DNA of 64,000 nt from Chloroflexota bacterium (GTDB lineage Bacteria; Chloroflexota; UBA11872; VXOZ01), in NCBI GenBank assembly GCA_964291655.2, contig OZ219802.1:608001-672000 (forward strand), given 5' to 3'. The position numbers and the translations under genes are program-made. This document shows, in pieces, positions 35,723 through 45,688 of the stretch (position 1 is its first letter; every line of letters starts with the position of its first letter). A model generated the notes under the pieces. That model searched no databases. It saw only the letters and a list, made by a program, of their open reading frames with translations, and was not told where the DNA came from.

Positions 35723-38056
35723 ATGGCAAAAGTGGTCGAACGTCCACAAGAGAAAACCGCATTGCGTGTTGCCAACAAACCGGTCATTCGCATCGACGGT
35801 ATCGAGAATGTTACGGGGGCCACGAAATTTGGCGCGGATTTCTCGATGCCCGGCATGTTGTGGGGTGCGATTTTGCGCAGCCCCCACGCTCACGCCCGCA
35901 TTAGGCACATCGACTATGCCAAGGCGCTGGACGCGCCCGGCGTTGTAACTGTTGCTACCGCTGCCGACTTTGACGAAGACGTGGTGGAACCGACCTCACG
36001 GCCGCATAATGTGTTTGCCGGTGAAGTTGCACTCTACCTCGGAGAGGCCGTAGCTGCCGTGGCCGCCGTCACGCAAGAGGACGCCGAAGCAGCGCTGAAA
36101 CTCATCGAGGTTGACTACGAACCCTTGCCCCATGTCCTCGACCCACTGAAAGCCATGGAACCCGATTCGCCTGTCATTCGCCACGGCGAAGGCGGCGAGG
36201 TTGATCGCACCGAGATGTCGTTTCACTCTTCCGTTGCCTCATCCGCCGAGGACCTGGATGAATCCGGAAATGTCTCTTCTCAGGTCCAGTTTGGGCGCGG
36301 AGATATTGAAGAAGGCTTCGCGCAAGCGGACGTAATAAAGGAAGGCCGCTTTACGGCGGCCATGGTACACCAGACCTATCTTGAGCCCCATGCCGCTCTG
36401 GCCGACTACTCGCCAGCCGGTGATCTCCGCATGTGGGTGACTTCTCAGGGCCAGTTCTATGTGCGGGATACGGTGGCGCGGCTGCTCAAACTGCCGGCCC
36501 ACAAAGTCATCGTCCAAGGCACCGCCATCGGCGGCGGCTTTGGCGGTAAGATGACGTTGCTCGCACCCATCCCCGCAATCCTTTCGAAGAAGGCCCGCCG
36601 GCCCGTCAAGGTCGTGTGGAGCAGAAGCGAAGAACTGGTGGCGGCCAACCCAGCGCCGGGTTCTGTCATCGACGTGAAGGTTGGCGCAAAACAAGACGGC
36701 ACACTTACGGCATTGCAAGGGCGCGTTGTCATGGATACCGGTGCCTATCCTGGCTCGCCCATGTCGACGGCTACGATGCTCTTGGGAAGCTGCTACGAGA
36801 TTCCCAACATGGAACTCGAAGGCTTCGAGGTGCTTACAAATAAGGTAAGCGTGGGCGCATACCGCGCGCCGGGCGCACCGAATTCCGCGCATGCCGTGGA
36901 GAATGTGATGAATTGGGTGGCGCAGGAAATCGGCATGGACCCGGTAGATTTCCGCCTCAAGAATGTGATTGAAGAAGGCGGCCGCTGGCCGAACGGACAA
37001 CCGCTGCCCGACGTCGGTGCGGTGGAAGTGCTGGAAGCCATGAAGGACCATGCGGTTTGGAGAACACCGCTGGAACAAGGGGCCAACGGCAAGCCGCGAG
37101 GTCGCGGTGCGGCTATCGGCTGCTGGTCCGGCGGCGCGGGCGGGTCCGCGGCAACGATGAAGCTTGAAGCGGACGGCTCGCTCAGCGTTCTCGTGGGCAC
37201 AATCAACCTCACCGGCAATACAACGTCTATCGCGCAAGTTGCCGCGGAGGAATTGCGCGTGCCTATGGAATACGTGAGCGTAACCCAGGGCGATACAAAT
37301 GAGGCGCCGTTTGGCCCTGTGGCTGGTGGCAGTCAGGTCACGTACACCATGAGCCTCTCGACTGCTGCTGCCGCCCACGACGTGCTCCGTCAGATGAAGG
37401 CTGTTGCGGCGCAGCGTCTGGGTGTGGATGCTGACGACATTGAATTTGACGAAGGCAAGATGTGGGCGCAGAGCGATCCTGACCGCTACGTCACCTATCG
37501 CCGCATTGCGGATGAGGCAGTTGGCTCAGCCAACGGTCCCATCATCGGCACCGGACACGGCAAGCCCGCGCGCGGCAACCCCGGCTTTGCCGGAACGATT
37601 GCCGATGTTGAGGTTGATACCGAGACCGGCCTCGTCACCATCCTCAATCTCGTAGGCGTGCAGGACGCCGGTTTCGCCATCAACCCGCTCTCGGTGAAGG
37701 GCCAAATCCAGGGCGGCACCATCCAGGGCGTCGGCTACGCCTTGCTGGAAGAGATTGTCTATGACGACGACGGCCGCGTGCGCAATCCCGGCCTCCTGGA
37801 CTACCGGCTCCCCACTGCGGCAGATGTGCCCGACGTGGACGCCGTCATCGTAGAAAAGCACAACCAATACGGCTGGAAAGGCACCCGCATCGTCGGTGAG
37901 CCGAGCATCGTCCCCCCGGGAGCAGCTATCACCAGCGCTATCAGCGATGCCCTCGGCATTCCCTTGCACAACATGCCAATGACACCGGAGCGCATCGTGA
38001 TGGCGCTGCGCGACGCCAAGGCGAACGGCAGGTCCAACGGTAACCCGCCTGCGTAG
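35723..38056 (+). CDS. Xanthine dehydrogenase family molybdopterin-binding subunit
   Basis: RSPHAHA, HQTYLEP, IGGGFGGK, AYRAPG, GQIQGG..QG.G and VGEP; ATG 35723 after GGAGGAG. Confidence 0.93.
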   Translation: MAKVVERPQEKTALRVANKPVIRIDGIENVTGATKFGADFSMPGMLWGAILRSPHAHARIRHIDYAKALDAPGVVTVATAADFDEDVVEPTSRPHNVFAGEVALYLGEAVAAVAAVTQEDAEAALKLIEVDYEPLPHVLDPLKAMEPDSPVIRHGEGGEVDRTEMSFHSSVASSAEDLDESGNVSSQVQFGRGDIEEGFAQADVIKEGRFTAAMVHQTYLEPHAALADYSPAGDLRMWVTSQGQFYVRDTVARLLKLPAHKVIVQGTAIGGGFGGKMTLLAPIPAILSKKARRPVKVVWSRSEELVAANPAPGSVIDVKVGAKQDGTLTALQGRVVMDTGAYPGSPMSTATMLLGSCYEIPNMELEGFEVLTNKVSVGAYRAPGAPNSAHAVENVMNWVAQEIGMDPVDFRLKNVIEEGGRWPNGQPLPDVGAVEVLEAMKDHAVWRTPLEQGANGKPRGRGAAIGCWSGGAGGSAATMKLEADGSLSVLVGTINLTGNTTSIAQVAAEELRVPMEYVSVTQGDTNEAPFGPVAGGSQVTYTMSLSTAAAAHDVLRQMKAVAAQRLGVDADDIEFDEGKMWAQSDPDRYVTYRRIADEAVGSANGPIIGTGHGKPARGNPGFAGTIADVEVDTETGLVTILNLVGVQDAGFAINPLSVKGQIQGGTIQGVGYALLEEIVYDDDGRVRNPGLLDYRLPTAADVPDVDAVIVEKHNQYGWKGTRIVGEPSIVPPGAAITSAISDALGIPLHNMPMTPERIVMALRDAKANGRSNGNPPA

Positions 38057-38097
38057 TATCGAACTACCTGCAAGAGAAGAGAGCAGGGCCAGATGCG

Positions 38098-39201
38098 ATG
38101 GAGAATCTGCAAGCCGGCTTCGTAGGTCTCCACCGCGGCGGCGCGCTCTTGCGCGCCATGGCCGCGCATCCACGCGTTGACGTTGCAGCTCTTTGTGATC
38201 TAAAGGAAGAGACTCTCGCCACTCTGGCCGGAGACTTCAACCTGCCTGATAAGGCCCTCTACACGGCATTCGACGAATTCGTCAACGCTGCGCTGGATAT
38301 CGTCGTAATCGCCACGCCCATCGAGTTTCACGCGGCGCAGACTATCGCCGCCTTGGAGAGCGGCAAGCATGTGCTCTGTGAACAGACCGTAGCCTACACT
38401 TTGGACGAGTGTGAGGCAGTTATTGCCGCCCAAGAGCGCACCGGCAATGTCTACATGATGGTGGAGAATCACTGCTATTTTCATTACATCCGCGAGTGGC
38501 GCAAGCTCATCGCGCGCGGGGACCTCGGCACACTCTTCTATGCGGAGGCGGATTATATTCACGAGATCGCGCACCTGCTGCGTGACCCGGACACCGGCAC
38601 GCCCAAGTGGCGGCTGACGCGCCCGCCGATTTGGTATTGCGCGCACCCGCTCGGGCCGTTACTCACGCTCATGGACGACTGCATCGTGAAGGCGACCGGC
38701 GCGTCCGCCGGCAGAAACATAAATCCCGCTGAAGAGGGCTTGGGTTTCCTGGATATGGAAGTTGGGCTCTTTCACACCGAGAAGGGCAGCGTCATCAAGA
38801 TTCAGCGTAGCCAGGTAGCGCTCCGGCGTCCGCAGTTGGCCTTTTCCTCGCTCTACGGCACCAAAGGGTTCATCGAGAACGGTCGCTACGTTGAAAACCG
38901 CGCTGCAACCGGACGGTATTCAACCGGACGGTACTTTAATGTGGATACGATGTCCAAACAGACCGGGGCGCAAGAGATTCACTGCCCGTTGGTGGATCCC
39001 AACGCACCGCCGGAGGCTCTTCTTGGCGGCCATGGTACGTCTGAGTACTTCCTGGTGCAGGACTTCATTGCCGCAATCGACAACAACACGAAGGCCCCCA
39101 TCGACGCCGTGCGCGCCGTGGAGTTCACAGCCCCCGGCATTGTCGCCCACGAGGCTGCCATGCAAGGCGGCGTCTGGCTCGACGTGCCGCAGTTCCGTTA
39201 G
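38098..39201 (+). CDS. Gfo/Idh/MocA family oxidoreductase (tandem paralog A)
   Basis: GFVGL..GG, VIATPIEFH, GKHVLCEQ, EADYIHE and GGHG. Confidence 0.9.
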   Translation: MENLQAGFVGLHRGGALLRAMAAHPRVDVAALCDLKEETLATLAGDFNLPDKALYTAFDEFVNAALDIVVIATPIEFHAAQTIAALESGKHVLCEQTVAYTLDECEAVIAAQERTGNVYMMVENHCYFHYIREWRKLIARGDLGTLFYAEADYIHEIAHLLRDPDTGTPKWRLTRPPIWYCAHPLGPLLTLMDDCIVKATGASAGRNINPAEEGLGFLDMEVGLFHTEKGSVIKIQRSQVALRRPQLAFSSLYGTKGFIENGRYVENRAATGRYSTGRYFNVDTMSKQTGAQEIHCPLVDPNAPPEALLGGHGTSEYFLVQDFIAAIDNNTKAPIDAVRAVEFTAPGIVAHEAAMQGGVWLDVPQFR

Positions 39202-39246
39202 CGAATTACTAGAACTCATCACACTAAGTACACTGCACTGTGCGGA

Positions 39247-39270
39247 CCTGCCCCGTACTCGATACGGGGG
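39247..39270. repeat. Standalone CCTGCCCCGTA...TACGGGG hairpin module
   Basis: The same module occurs inserted inside the repeats at 50655 and 59083. Confidence 0.55.
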
Positions 39271-39364
39271 TAAGTGAAAATCCTGTGAGATTCAAGGCCC
39301 TTCTTAGCGTGCTACAAAGGCACCGAAGGGATACCCAAGTGAAGTAGCCAAAAGGTAAGCCTTT

Positions 39365-40453
39365 ATGGAAAAGCTTAGAGTCGGCTTTGTTGGTCTGCGC
39401 CGCGGCGGGGGATTGGTGCGCGCGTTGGCCGCGCATCCCAGAGTGGAAGTAGCCGCCCTGTGCGATCTCAACGAAGACACGCTAACAACCATGGGCAAGG
39501 ACTTTAGCCTCCCCGAAAAGGCGCTGTTCACGGTTTTCGATGATTTCGTCAATGCCCCTCTGGATGTCATCGTCATAGCGACCCCCATCGAGTTCCACGC
39601 ATCCCAGTCCATAGCGGCCCTGGAAAACGGCAAGCACGTGCTTTGCGAGCAGACCGTGGCCTACACCTTGGACGAATGCGAGGCTGTCATTGCCGCTCAG
39701 GAACGCACCGGCAACGTCTATATGATGGCGGAGAATTACTGCTACTTTCACTACATCAAGGAGTGGCGCAATCTCGTTGCCAAGGGCACGCTCGGCACGC
39801 TCTTTTACGCGGAAGCGGAGTACGTCCACGAGATTGCCGACTTGCTGCGCGACCCGGCCACCGGCACGCCCAAGTGGCGGCTGCCCCGCGCGCCGATCTG
39901 GTATTGCGCGCACACGCTCGGCCCGGTGCTCACACTGATGGACGACCGCATCGTCAAAGCCACCGGCGCGTCCGCCGGCAGGAACATGCATCCGGAAGAA
40001 AAGGACTTGGGACACCTGGACATGGAAGTGGGGCTGTTCCAAACCGAAAAAGGCAACGTGGTCAAAATCCTGCGCAGCCAGGTGGCGCACCGGCACCCGC
40101 ACACGGTCTACTACACGCTGTACGGCACTAAAGGCTTCATCGAGAACGGTAGGCACATCGAGAACCGCGCTTCCACCGGACGCTACTTCAATGTAGACAC
40201 CATGTCCAAGCAGACAGGGGCGGAAGAGATCGACTGCCTTCTGGTGGATCCCCATGCCCCGCCGGAAGCCCTGCACGGCGGCCACGGCACGTCTGAATAC
40301 TTCATGGTGCAGGACTTCATTGCCGCCATCGACAACAACACAAAGGCCCCCATAGACGCCGTAAGAGCAGTGGAGTTCACCGCACCCGGCATCGTCGCCC
40401 ACGACGCCGCCATGCAGGAGGGCGTGTGGCTGGACGTACCGCAATTCCGATAA
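39365..40453 (+). CDS. Gfo/Idh/MocA family oxidoreductase (tandem paralog B)
   Basis: Colinear with, and highly similar to, 38098..39201. Confidence 0.9.
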   Translation: MEKLRVGFVGLRRGGGLVRALAAHPRVEVAALCDLNEDTLTTMGKDFSLPEKALFTVFDDFVNAPLDVIVIATPIEFHASQSIAALENGKHVLCEQTVAYTLDECEAVIAAQERTGNVYMMAENYCYFHYIKEWRNLVAKGTLGTLFYAEAEYVHEIADLLRDPATGTPKWRLPRAPIWYCAHTLGPVLTLMDDRIVKATGASAGRNMHPEEKDLGHLDMEVGLFQTEKGNVVKILRSQVAHRHPHTVYYTLYGTKGFIENGRHIENRASTGRYFNVDTMSKQTGAEEIDCLLVDPHAPPEALHGGHGTSEYFMVQDFIAAIDNNTKAPIDAVRAVEFTAPGIVAHDAAMQEGVWLDVPQFR

Positions 40454-40465
40454 AGCCTTCGTACC

Positions 40466-40648
40466 CTAGTAGTCCGACACGATTGTATTGATGGGTAGCG
40501 TAGGTTTGCAACCTGCGCCACCTTACCGTAGCGTGGAGTGAGCACATCAAACCATGGGGCAGGGCACAAGTTATAGACCTGTGCTAACGGAACTCTTACC
40601 CATCTACCGGCGCTCCTACCCATCAATGAAAGAGTGTCGAACCACTAG
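40466..40648. mobile_element. MITE-like element with 33-bp CTAG-terminated inverted repeats and internal REP hairpins (copy A)
   Basis: Left arm CTAGTAGTCCGACACGATTGTATTGATGGGTAG matches the reverse complement of the right arm, CTAGTGGTTCGACACTCTTTCATTGATGGGTAG, at 27/33 positions; a related copy lies at 48309. Confidence 0.65.
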
Positions 40649-40688
40649 ATACTTCACATGTGCGATATGCTCCAGACGTTTCCTCCCG

Positions 40689-40710
40689 GTAGCGCAGGCT
40701 TGCAACCTCG
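40689..40710 (+). repeat. GTAG-type REP variant (GTAGCGCAGG..GCAACCT)
   Basis: Similar to GTAGCGTAGGTTTGCAACCTGCGC at 40495 and GTAGCGTAGGTTTTCAACCTGCGC at 48338. Confidence 0.6.
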
Positions 40711-40869
40711 TATCACGTACGGGGCAGGCTCTGCGTTCGGTTACGTCCAGTGTTGTTATTTGAGTTTCCAGTTTCCACAGTTGTATCACCTAACTCTCTA
40801 AGATAGTTCCCTGGCTTTTATGGGAAACGTACCTGGTGCGTAGTTGGCAATTGAATTGAGGTGTGAAAC

Positions 40870-42285
40870 ATGACGTACGTGCATCGCCCAAACATCTTGC
40901 ACATCATGGTCGATCAGATGCGGTTTGACGTGGTGGGCATAAACGGGAGTCCAATTTGCCGCACGCCAACGCTGGATCAGCTCGCCCAAGACGGCATCAA
41001 CTATGCCGAGGCCTACACGCCGGCAGGCATCTGCTCGCCGGCCCGCGCATCTATGGTCACAGGGCGCTATTCCCACAGTCACGGCATCTACAACAACTGC
41101 CACCAGGAAGACTCCATCCTCGTGGAGTTGCCGGCGGAGGAAGTAACCTACAGCGAACTCTTGAACGGGGCCGGCTACCGCCTGGGGCACGTGGGCAAAT
41201 GGCACATCGGCCGTGAAAACGGGCCGAAGACCCGCGGCTTTCATGACGTTGGCGCGCAAGGCATCGCCGACTACCGGCGGGACTTGGGGTTGCCCGTCAA
41301 ACCAGCACCGCCGCCGGACGCTGTCTACGCCAGTTATCCCAACGAGCAATTCCTCATCTCCGGCACGGAACAGCTTCCGGAAGAGGGGAATCTCATGTAT
41401 TTCTTCGCCGAAGAGGGCATGCGCCTGCTCCGCGAATACCAGGGACATCAGCCTTTCTACCTGCGCGTGGACTTCAACGGCCCACACCATCCCTACGTGG
41501 TGCCTGAGCCCTGGGCCTCGCTTTACGACCCGCAGGCAATCCCACGATGGCCGAACTTCCACGACACATTCGAGAATAAGCCGCAGGTCCACCGGAGGCA
41601 CAAATTTCATCGGGGCGTGCAGGACTTCACATGGGAGGACTGGCAACCCGCCGTCGCTAAGTACTTCGGCTACGTCAGCTTTCTCGATTCCCTCTTTGCC
41701 AAACTCTTGCAGACGCTCGACGACCTCGGCATTCGCGATGACACCCTCATCATCTTCAATACCGACCACGGCGACTTTACCGGCAGCCACGGACAATTCA
41801 ACAAAGGACCGTTGCTTTACCAGGAGGTCTATCACATTCCGCTGCTCATGCGCTGGCCCGCGCGCATTCCTGCCGGTGTCACCACCACAAAGTTCACCAG
41901 CCTCATCGATATCATGCCTACCATTCTGCAGGCCGCCGATCTCCCCGTGCCCGACAATCTGCACGGTGAAGCTCTGCAGCCGCTTTGGCACGACCCAACT
42001 CTCGACGCCTGGCGCGACATGTTGGGCTGCGAATTCCACGGCGACGAAGTCGGACTCTTCACCTCGCGCTTGATCCGCTATAGGCAGTTCAAGTTCGTGT
42101 ACAATCCGCACGCCATAGATGAGCTCTATGACTTGGAGCGCGATCCCTACGAGCTGGAGAATCTCTGCGACGACCCGGCGTACCTAGACATCCGCCACGA
42201 ACTCCTACGGCGTCTTAGGGTGTGGATGGTTGAGACCCAGGATCCCTGGTGGCGCTGGGCGGAGAAATGGCTGCCGCTTTCGTAG
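40870..42285 (+). CDS. Cys-type sulfatase (choline-sulfatase-like family)
   Basis: RPNILHIMVDQ, CSPARAS (CxPxR), GKWH, GPHHPY, TDHGD and ELYDLERDPYEL. Confidence 0.92.
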   Translation: MTYVHRPNILHIMVDQMRFDVVGINGSPICRTPTLDQLAQDGINYAEAYTPAGICSPARASMVTGRYSHSHGIYNNCHQEDSILVELPAEEVTYSELLNGAGYRLGHVGKWHIGRENGPKTRGFHDVGAQGIADYRRDLGLPVKPAPPPDAVYASYPNEQFLISGTEQLPEEGNLMYFFAEEGMRLLREYQGHQPFYLRVDFNGPHHPYVVPEPWASLYDPQAIPRWPNFHDTFENKPQVHRRHKFHRGVQDFTWEDWQPAVAKYFGYVSFLDSLFAKLLQTLDDLGIRDDTLIIFNTDHGDFTGSHGQFNKGPLLYQEVYHIPLLMRWPARIPAGVTTTKFTSLIDIMPTILQAADLPVPDNLHGEALQPLWHDPTLDAWRDMLGCEFHGDEVGLFTSRLIRYRQFKFVYNPHAIDELYDLERDPYELENLCDDPAYLDIRHELLRRLRVWMVETQDPWWRWAEKWLPLS

Positions 42286-42400
42286 TATTCTGTAGCTACG
42301 CGCCCAAAGGACACGAGCCTGGCATTGGCTTCGAGACAAGAACATGAGACGACGTGCGGCGCGGGGCGAGTTCAGGAATACTGCACGTTCACGTAGCGCA

Positions 42401-43795
42401 ATGAGGTCGAGACCATCCAACGTGGATATTGCCGCAAGCACTCCCATTTCCGTACAGGAAGCACAATCCGTACTCGACAGCCTCGACCGGCTCGCGCTGT
42501 ATACCCATGTCCTACATGACGACATATTTCAGTGCTATTGCGCCATGCTACGCTGCGTGGCGGCGGGAGACCCGCCACATCGGTTTGCGGCGGCCGCCGC
42601 CAAGCTGAGCGGTTTGCTCGCGCAGCACAGTGAACGCAAATCGGCGGGCGTGCATGGCGATGCCTGGCAAGACTTCCTCGTACAGCACATAATCGAGGCC
42701 GAGAACGCATTCACGCAAAAGGCCGCATTGGCTGGCCCTACCGGCTTGAGTAATGCTCTGAGGTCGCTCGCGGAAGAAGATCTTGCCATCCTCCAACGGT
42801 TGTTCAATCTCAACGCCGTTGCCTGGCGGACGCTAGCGGGTCTGCTCGCAGCCGATGAAATTTCGCCCTATCTGGCGTGGGATGAGTTTACGTCGCCAGG
42901 CGCGACCGATAGTAAAAGGCATGAGCTAGACATCCGCGAAAAGCTCATGGCATCGCAAAACTGGCGAGAAGCCGTCCCTCTGCTCGCGGCACACTACCAC
43001 CGGCATGGCACCGGCGAATTCGCCCGCTACCGTGCCTTTCGCTGGGTGCGCTCAACGCATGGCGGCAACTTGCGGGGCGTGCCGCACCCAGACCCCATTC
43101 GTCTGGAGGAACTCATCGGCGACGACCGCCAGCGCCGGCTTCTTATGCAAAACACTGAGCACCTGCTCGCGGGGTACCGCGCCAACAACGTGTTGCTCTG
43201 CGGCGATCGCGGCACCGGAAAGTCCTCTACCATCAAGGCGCTGTTGCACCGCTACGGTGACCGTGGGCTCCGCCTCATTGAAGTTGCCAAGGAGCATCTC
43301 AATGACTTTCCCGACATCCTGGTGAAACTTCAGGTGCGGCCGCAGTCCTTTGTTGTCTTCGTGGACGATCTCTCATTTGAGCCCCATGAGACTGACTACA
43401 AAGCCTTGAAAGCCATCCTGGAAGGCAGCGTCGCGGCGCAACCCCGCAACGTCGTCATCTACGCCACCTCCAACCGCAGCCACCTCATTCGTGAGAACTT
43501 TTCCGATCGCGCCGGCATCCTCGAGGATGAAGTACATCCCAAAGAGACCTTGCAAGAGACTTTTTCCCTTAGCGATCGTTTCGGCATCCGCATCAGCTTT
43601 GTCTCACCTACGCAAGCGCACTACCTTGCAATCGTGGCGGCCCTCACCGAGCAACGTGGCCTCCTGATTCAGGAGGCGGATCTCCGCGCCCGCGCGATCA
43701 CGTGGGCACAGCAGCAGAACGGCTTCTCCGGTCGCACGGCGCGCCAGTTTGTGGACTTCCTGGAAGGCGACATAGGAACCGGCGAATCGCCATAG
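42401..43795 (+). CDS. DUF815-family AAA+ ATP-binding protein
   Basis: YRAFRW, ANNVLLCGDRGTGKSS (Walker A), FVDDLSFE, YATSNR.HL, SLSDRFG and SGRTARQF. Start uncertain (42344, 42401 or 42422). Confidence 0.88.
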   Translation: MRSRPSNVDIAASTPISVQEAQSVLDSLDRLALYTHVLHDDIFQCYCAMLRCVAAGDPPHRFAAAAAKLSGLLAQHSERKSAGVHGDAWQDFLVQHIIEAENAFTQKAALAGPTGLSNALRSLAEEDLAILQRLFNLNAVAWRTLAGLLAADEISPYLAWDEFTSPGATDSKRHELDIREKLMASQNWREAVPLLAAHYHRHGTGEFARYRAFRWVRSTHGGNLRGVPHPDPIRLEELIGDDRQRRLLMQNTEHLLAGYRANNVLLCGDRGTGKSSTIKALLHRYGDRGLRLIEVAKEHLNDFPDILVKLQVRPQSFVVFVDDLSFEPHETDYKALKAILEGSVAAQPRNVVIYATSNRSHLIRENFSDRAGILEDEVHPKETLQETFSLSDRFGIRISFVSPTQAHYLAIVAALTEQRGLLIQEADLRARAITWAQQQNGFSGRTARQFVDFLEGDIGTGESP

Positions 43796-43891
43796 CCGCA
43801 CTCTTTCCTATTGTGGCAAGGGCGCCTTGACTGGCTGAGTAAAACATCTTGACCTGACCCGCTCCTTCACAAAGATTTCACAATTCTGTTA

Positions 43892-43921
43892 TTGACAAGA
43901 GTTTGGCTGTAAGACTATACT
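43892..43921 (+). promoter_or_regulatory. Sigma70-type promoter of the SBP gene
   Basis: TTGACA (43892), 18-nt spacer, TATACT (43916). Confidence 0.55.
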
Positions 43922-44003
43922 GCCCACAACAGCGATGTGATTGCATTTACAACTCTATTGCTGTAAAGAGTCCACGGCTGAAGTGCTATCAGGAGGTGGA
44001 GCG

Positions 44004-45401
44004 ATGGCGGACTTACATGTAACGCGACGACGTCTCATGGGTACCGGCGCCACGATTGGGGCAGTCGGTCTCCTCGCTGCGTGCGGGACGGCGCAGATGA
44101 CCGGAGGTGAGGCAGCGCCCGCGGATGGAGAGACATCCACGGAGGCCGCGCAACCTGAAACCATGGAAGTAGTGAATCTCGTGTACTTGTCACCGGAAAG
44201 CTCGGCACGGCAAGAGAAGGAAATCGCCATTTTCGACGATTTCAACGAGCAGAATTCCGACATTCAAGTAGAGGTCGTCGGTCAGGCCGGTGGCTGGGGT
44301 GGCACCTATGAAAAGGTAATGGTGTCGCACGCCGGCGGTATTCCGATTGACTTCGTGCACAACGGCTGGTTGATTTGGGACCGCATGTGGCAAGCCGGCG
44401 CTATCGTCGACCAGACCGAATTCTTCAAGGCCGATAAGCTCGTGCCGGAAGAGTTGTTCATCGAGTCCTCCTTGTTCGAGTGGGTGTTTGATGGAGTCAT
44501 GGGCGGCATGCCCATCAGCACGTCTGCCGATGCCATGGCATATAACAAGGATATGTTCGCCGAGGCCGGACTCGAGGAACCGCCGGTTGACGTGAATGCC
44601 AAGTGGTGGAACATGGATACGTTCCTCGACTACGCCCAGAAGCTGACAAACGACGAGCAATTCGGCTTCGGCGGCAGTTTGGGCGGCGGTAATGCCGCGG
44701 GCGAGACCACGGGCACGTACTTCGGCCAGGGCCCATGGGACGACGCCACCCGGAAGGCATTTATCGACTCACCCGGCATCATCCAAGGTCTCGAATTCTG
44801 GCGGGACGTGACCGAGGTCAAGTATCACGTGCAGCCCAATCCTGACGAAAGCGATGCCCTGCGCGGCGGCCAGCGTATGAACGTCTTCGTCACCGGCAAG
44901 ATCGGCATGCAGGTCTCCTACATCAATCAGGACACGAATTTCAACTGGGCAGTTGCCACCCTGCCCTATGATGGTGAAGGACCAAGCATGTCGGCGCGCA
45001 TCTCGAACCACGGTTTGCAGATGGGCAATGCGGAAACTCAGGATGCCGTGTGGACCGTATTCCGCTGGTTCATGTCACCAGAGAATGCCGGTAGATTCCC
45101 ACGTACGGCGGGGCATGTAGTCTCACCGTTCCAGGACCCGGCATATTCTGAGGTCTCCCAGGCCGAATTCCGCAACCAGCTTGGCATCGATCCCAAGGCG
45201 TTTGTCCTGCAAGCGCAGCATACGCAACCCCACGGCTGGGGGCTGTACAAGTATAGTGCCTGGGAAGAGGTCACCGCCCTCGCACGTCCCCGCTATCGCC
45301 AGGAATACCAGCTTGGTCAGCTTGACACGCGCGAGTATGCCACCTGGTTCCAAGAAGTCATTACTACTATCATGGACGATTACTTCGCGAACAGAGGCTA
45401 G
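44004..45401 (+). CDS. Extracellular solute-binding lipoprotein (carbohydrate ABC type) with Tat signal
   Basis: TRRRLMG twin-arginine motif, LAAC lipobox, AYNKDMFAEAGLEEP and FVTGKIGM; AGGAGG RBS. Confidence 0.88.
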   Translation: MADLHVTRRRLMGTGATIGAVGLLAACGTAQMTGGEAAPADGETSTEAAQPETMEVVNLVYLSPESSARQEKEIAIFDDFNEQNSDIQVEVVGQAGGWGGTYEKVMVSHAGGIPIDFVHNGWLIWDRMWQAGAIVDQTEFFKADKLVPEELFIESSLFEWVFDGVMGGMPISTSADAMAYNKDMFAEAGLEEPPVDVNAKWWNMDTFLDYAQKLTNDEQFGFGGSLGGGNAAGETTGTYFGQGPWDDATRKAFIDSPGIIQGLEFWRDVTEVKYHVQPNPDESDALRGGQRMNVFVTGKIGMQVSYINQDTNFNWAVATLPYDGEGPSMSARISNHGLQMGNAETQDAVWTVFRWFMSPENAGRFPRTAGHVVSPFQDPAYSEVSQAEFRNQLGIDPKAFVLQAQHTQPHGWGLYKYSAWEEVTALARPRYRQEYQLGQLDTREYATWFQEVITTIMDDYFANRG

Positions 45402-45435
45402 CGGGGCGAAGCGCAGTTTGCGTTATTTAGAATGT

Positions 45436-45467
45436 GCAGCGGGGCCGGAAGAATCCGGCCCCGCTGT
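45436..45467 (+). terminator. Intrinsic terminator-like hairpin after the SBP gene
   Basis: GCAGCGGGGCCGGA-AGAA-TCCGGCCCCGCTGT followed by a T-rich tract. Confidence 0.7.
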
Positions 45468-45688
45468 TGCTTCTCTTGCCATATAGCCGCTCAGCAGACC
45501 TGTCGTTCTTGCACACTCCAGTTTCGCAAGGATACAACGGTTCCTCATAGGCTACCTGGCGCGGCACAGCCGCAAAACCGCAAAGCTGAATGCTTTAAAG
45601 TAAGATTAGCGGTGTAACAGAACGCAACTCTGTTACGCTGTGTAGGAGCAATCCACTGCTGCGCCGCAAAGAAGAGGGTCCCGCTTAA

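Noticed and set aside
35723-38056. Aerobic CO dehydrogenase (coxL form I)
   Set aside because: The active-site motif is AYRAPG, not AYxCSFR, and there are no coxDEFG accessory genes.
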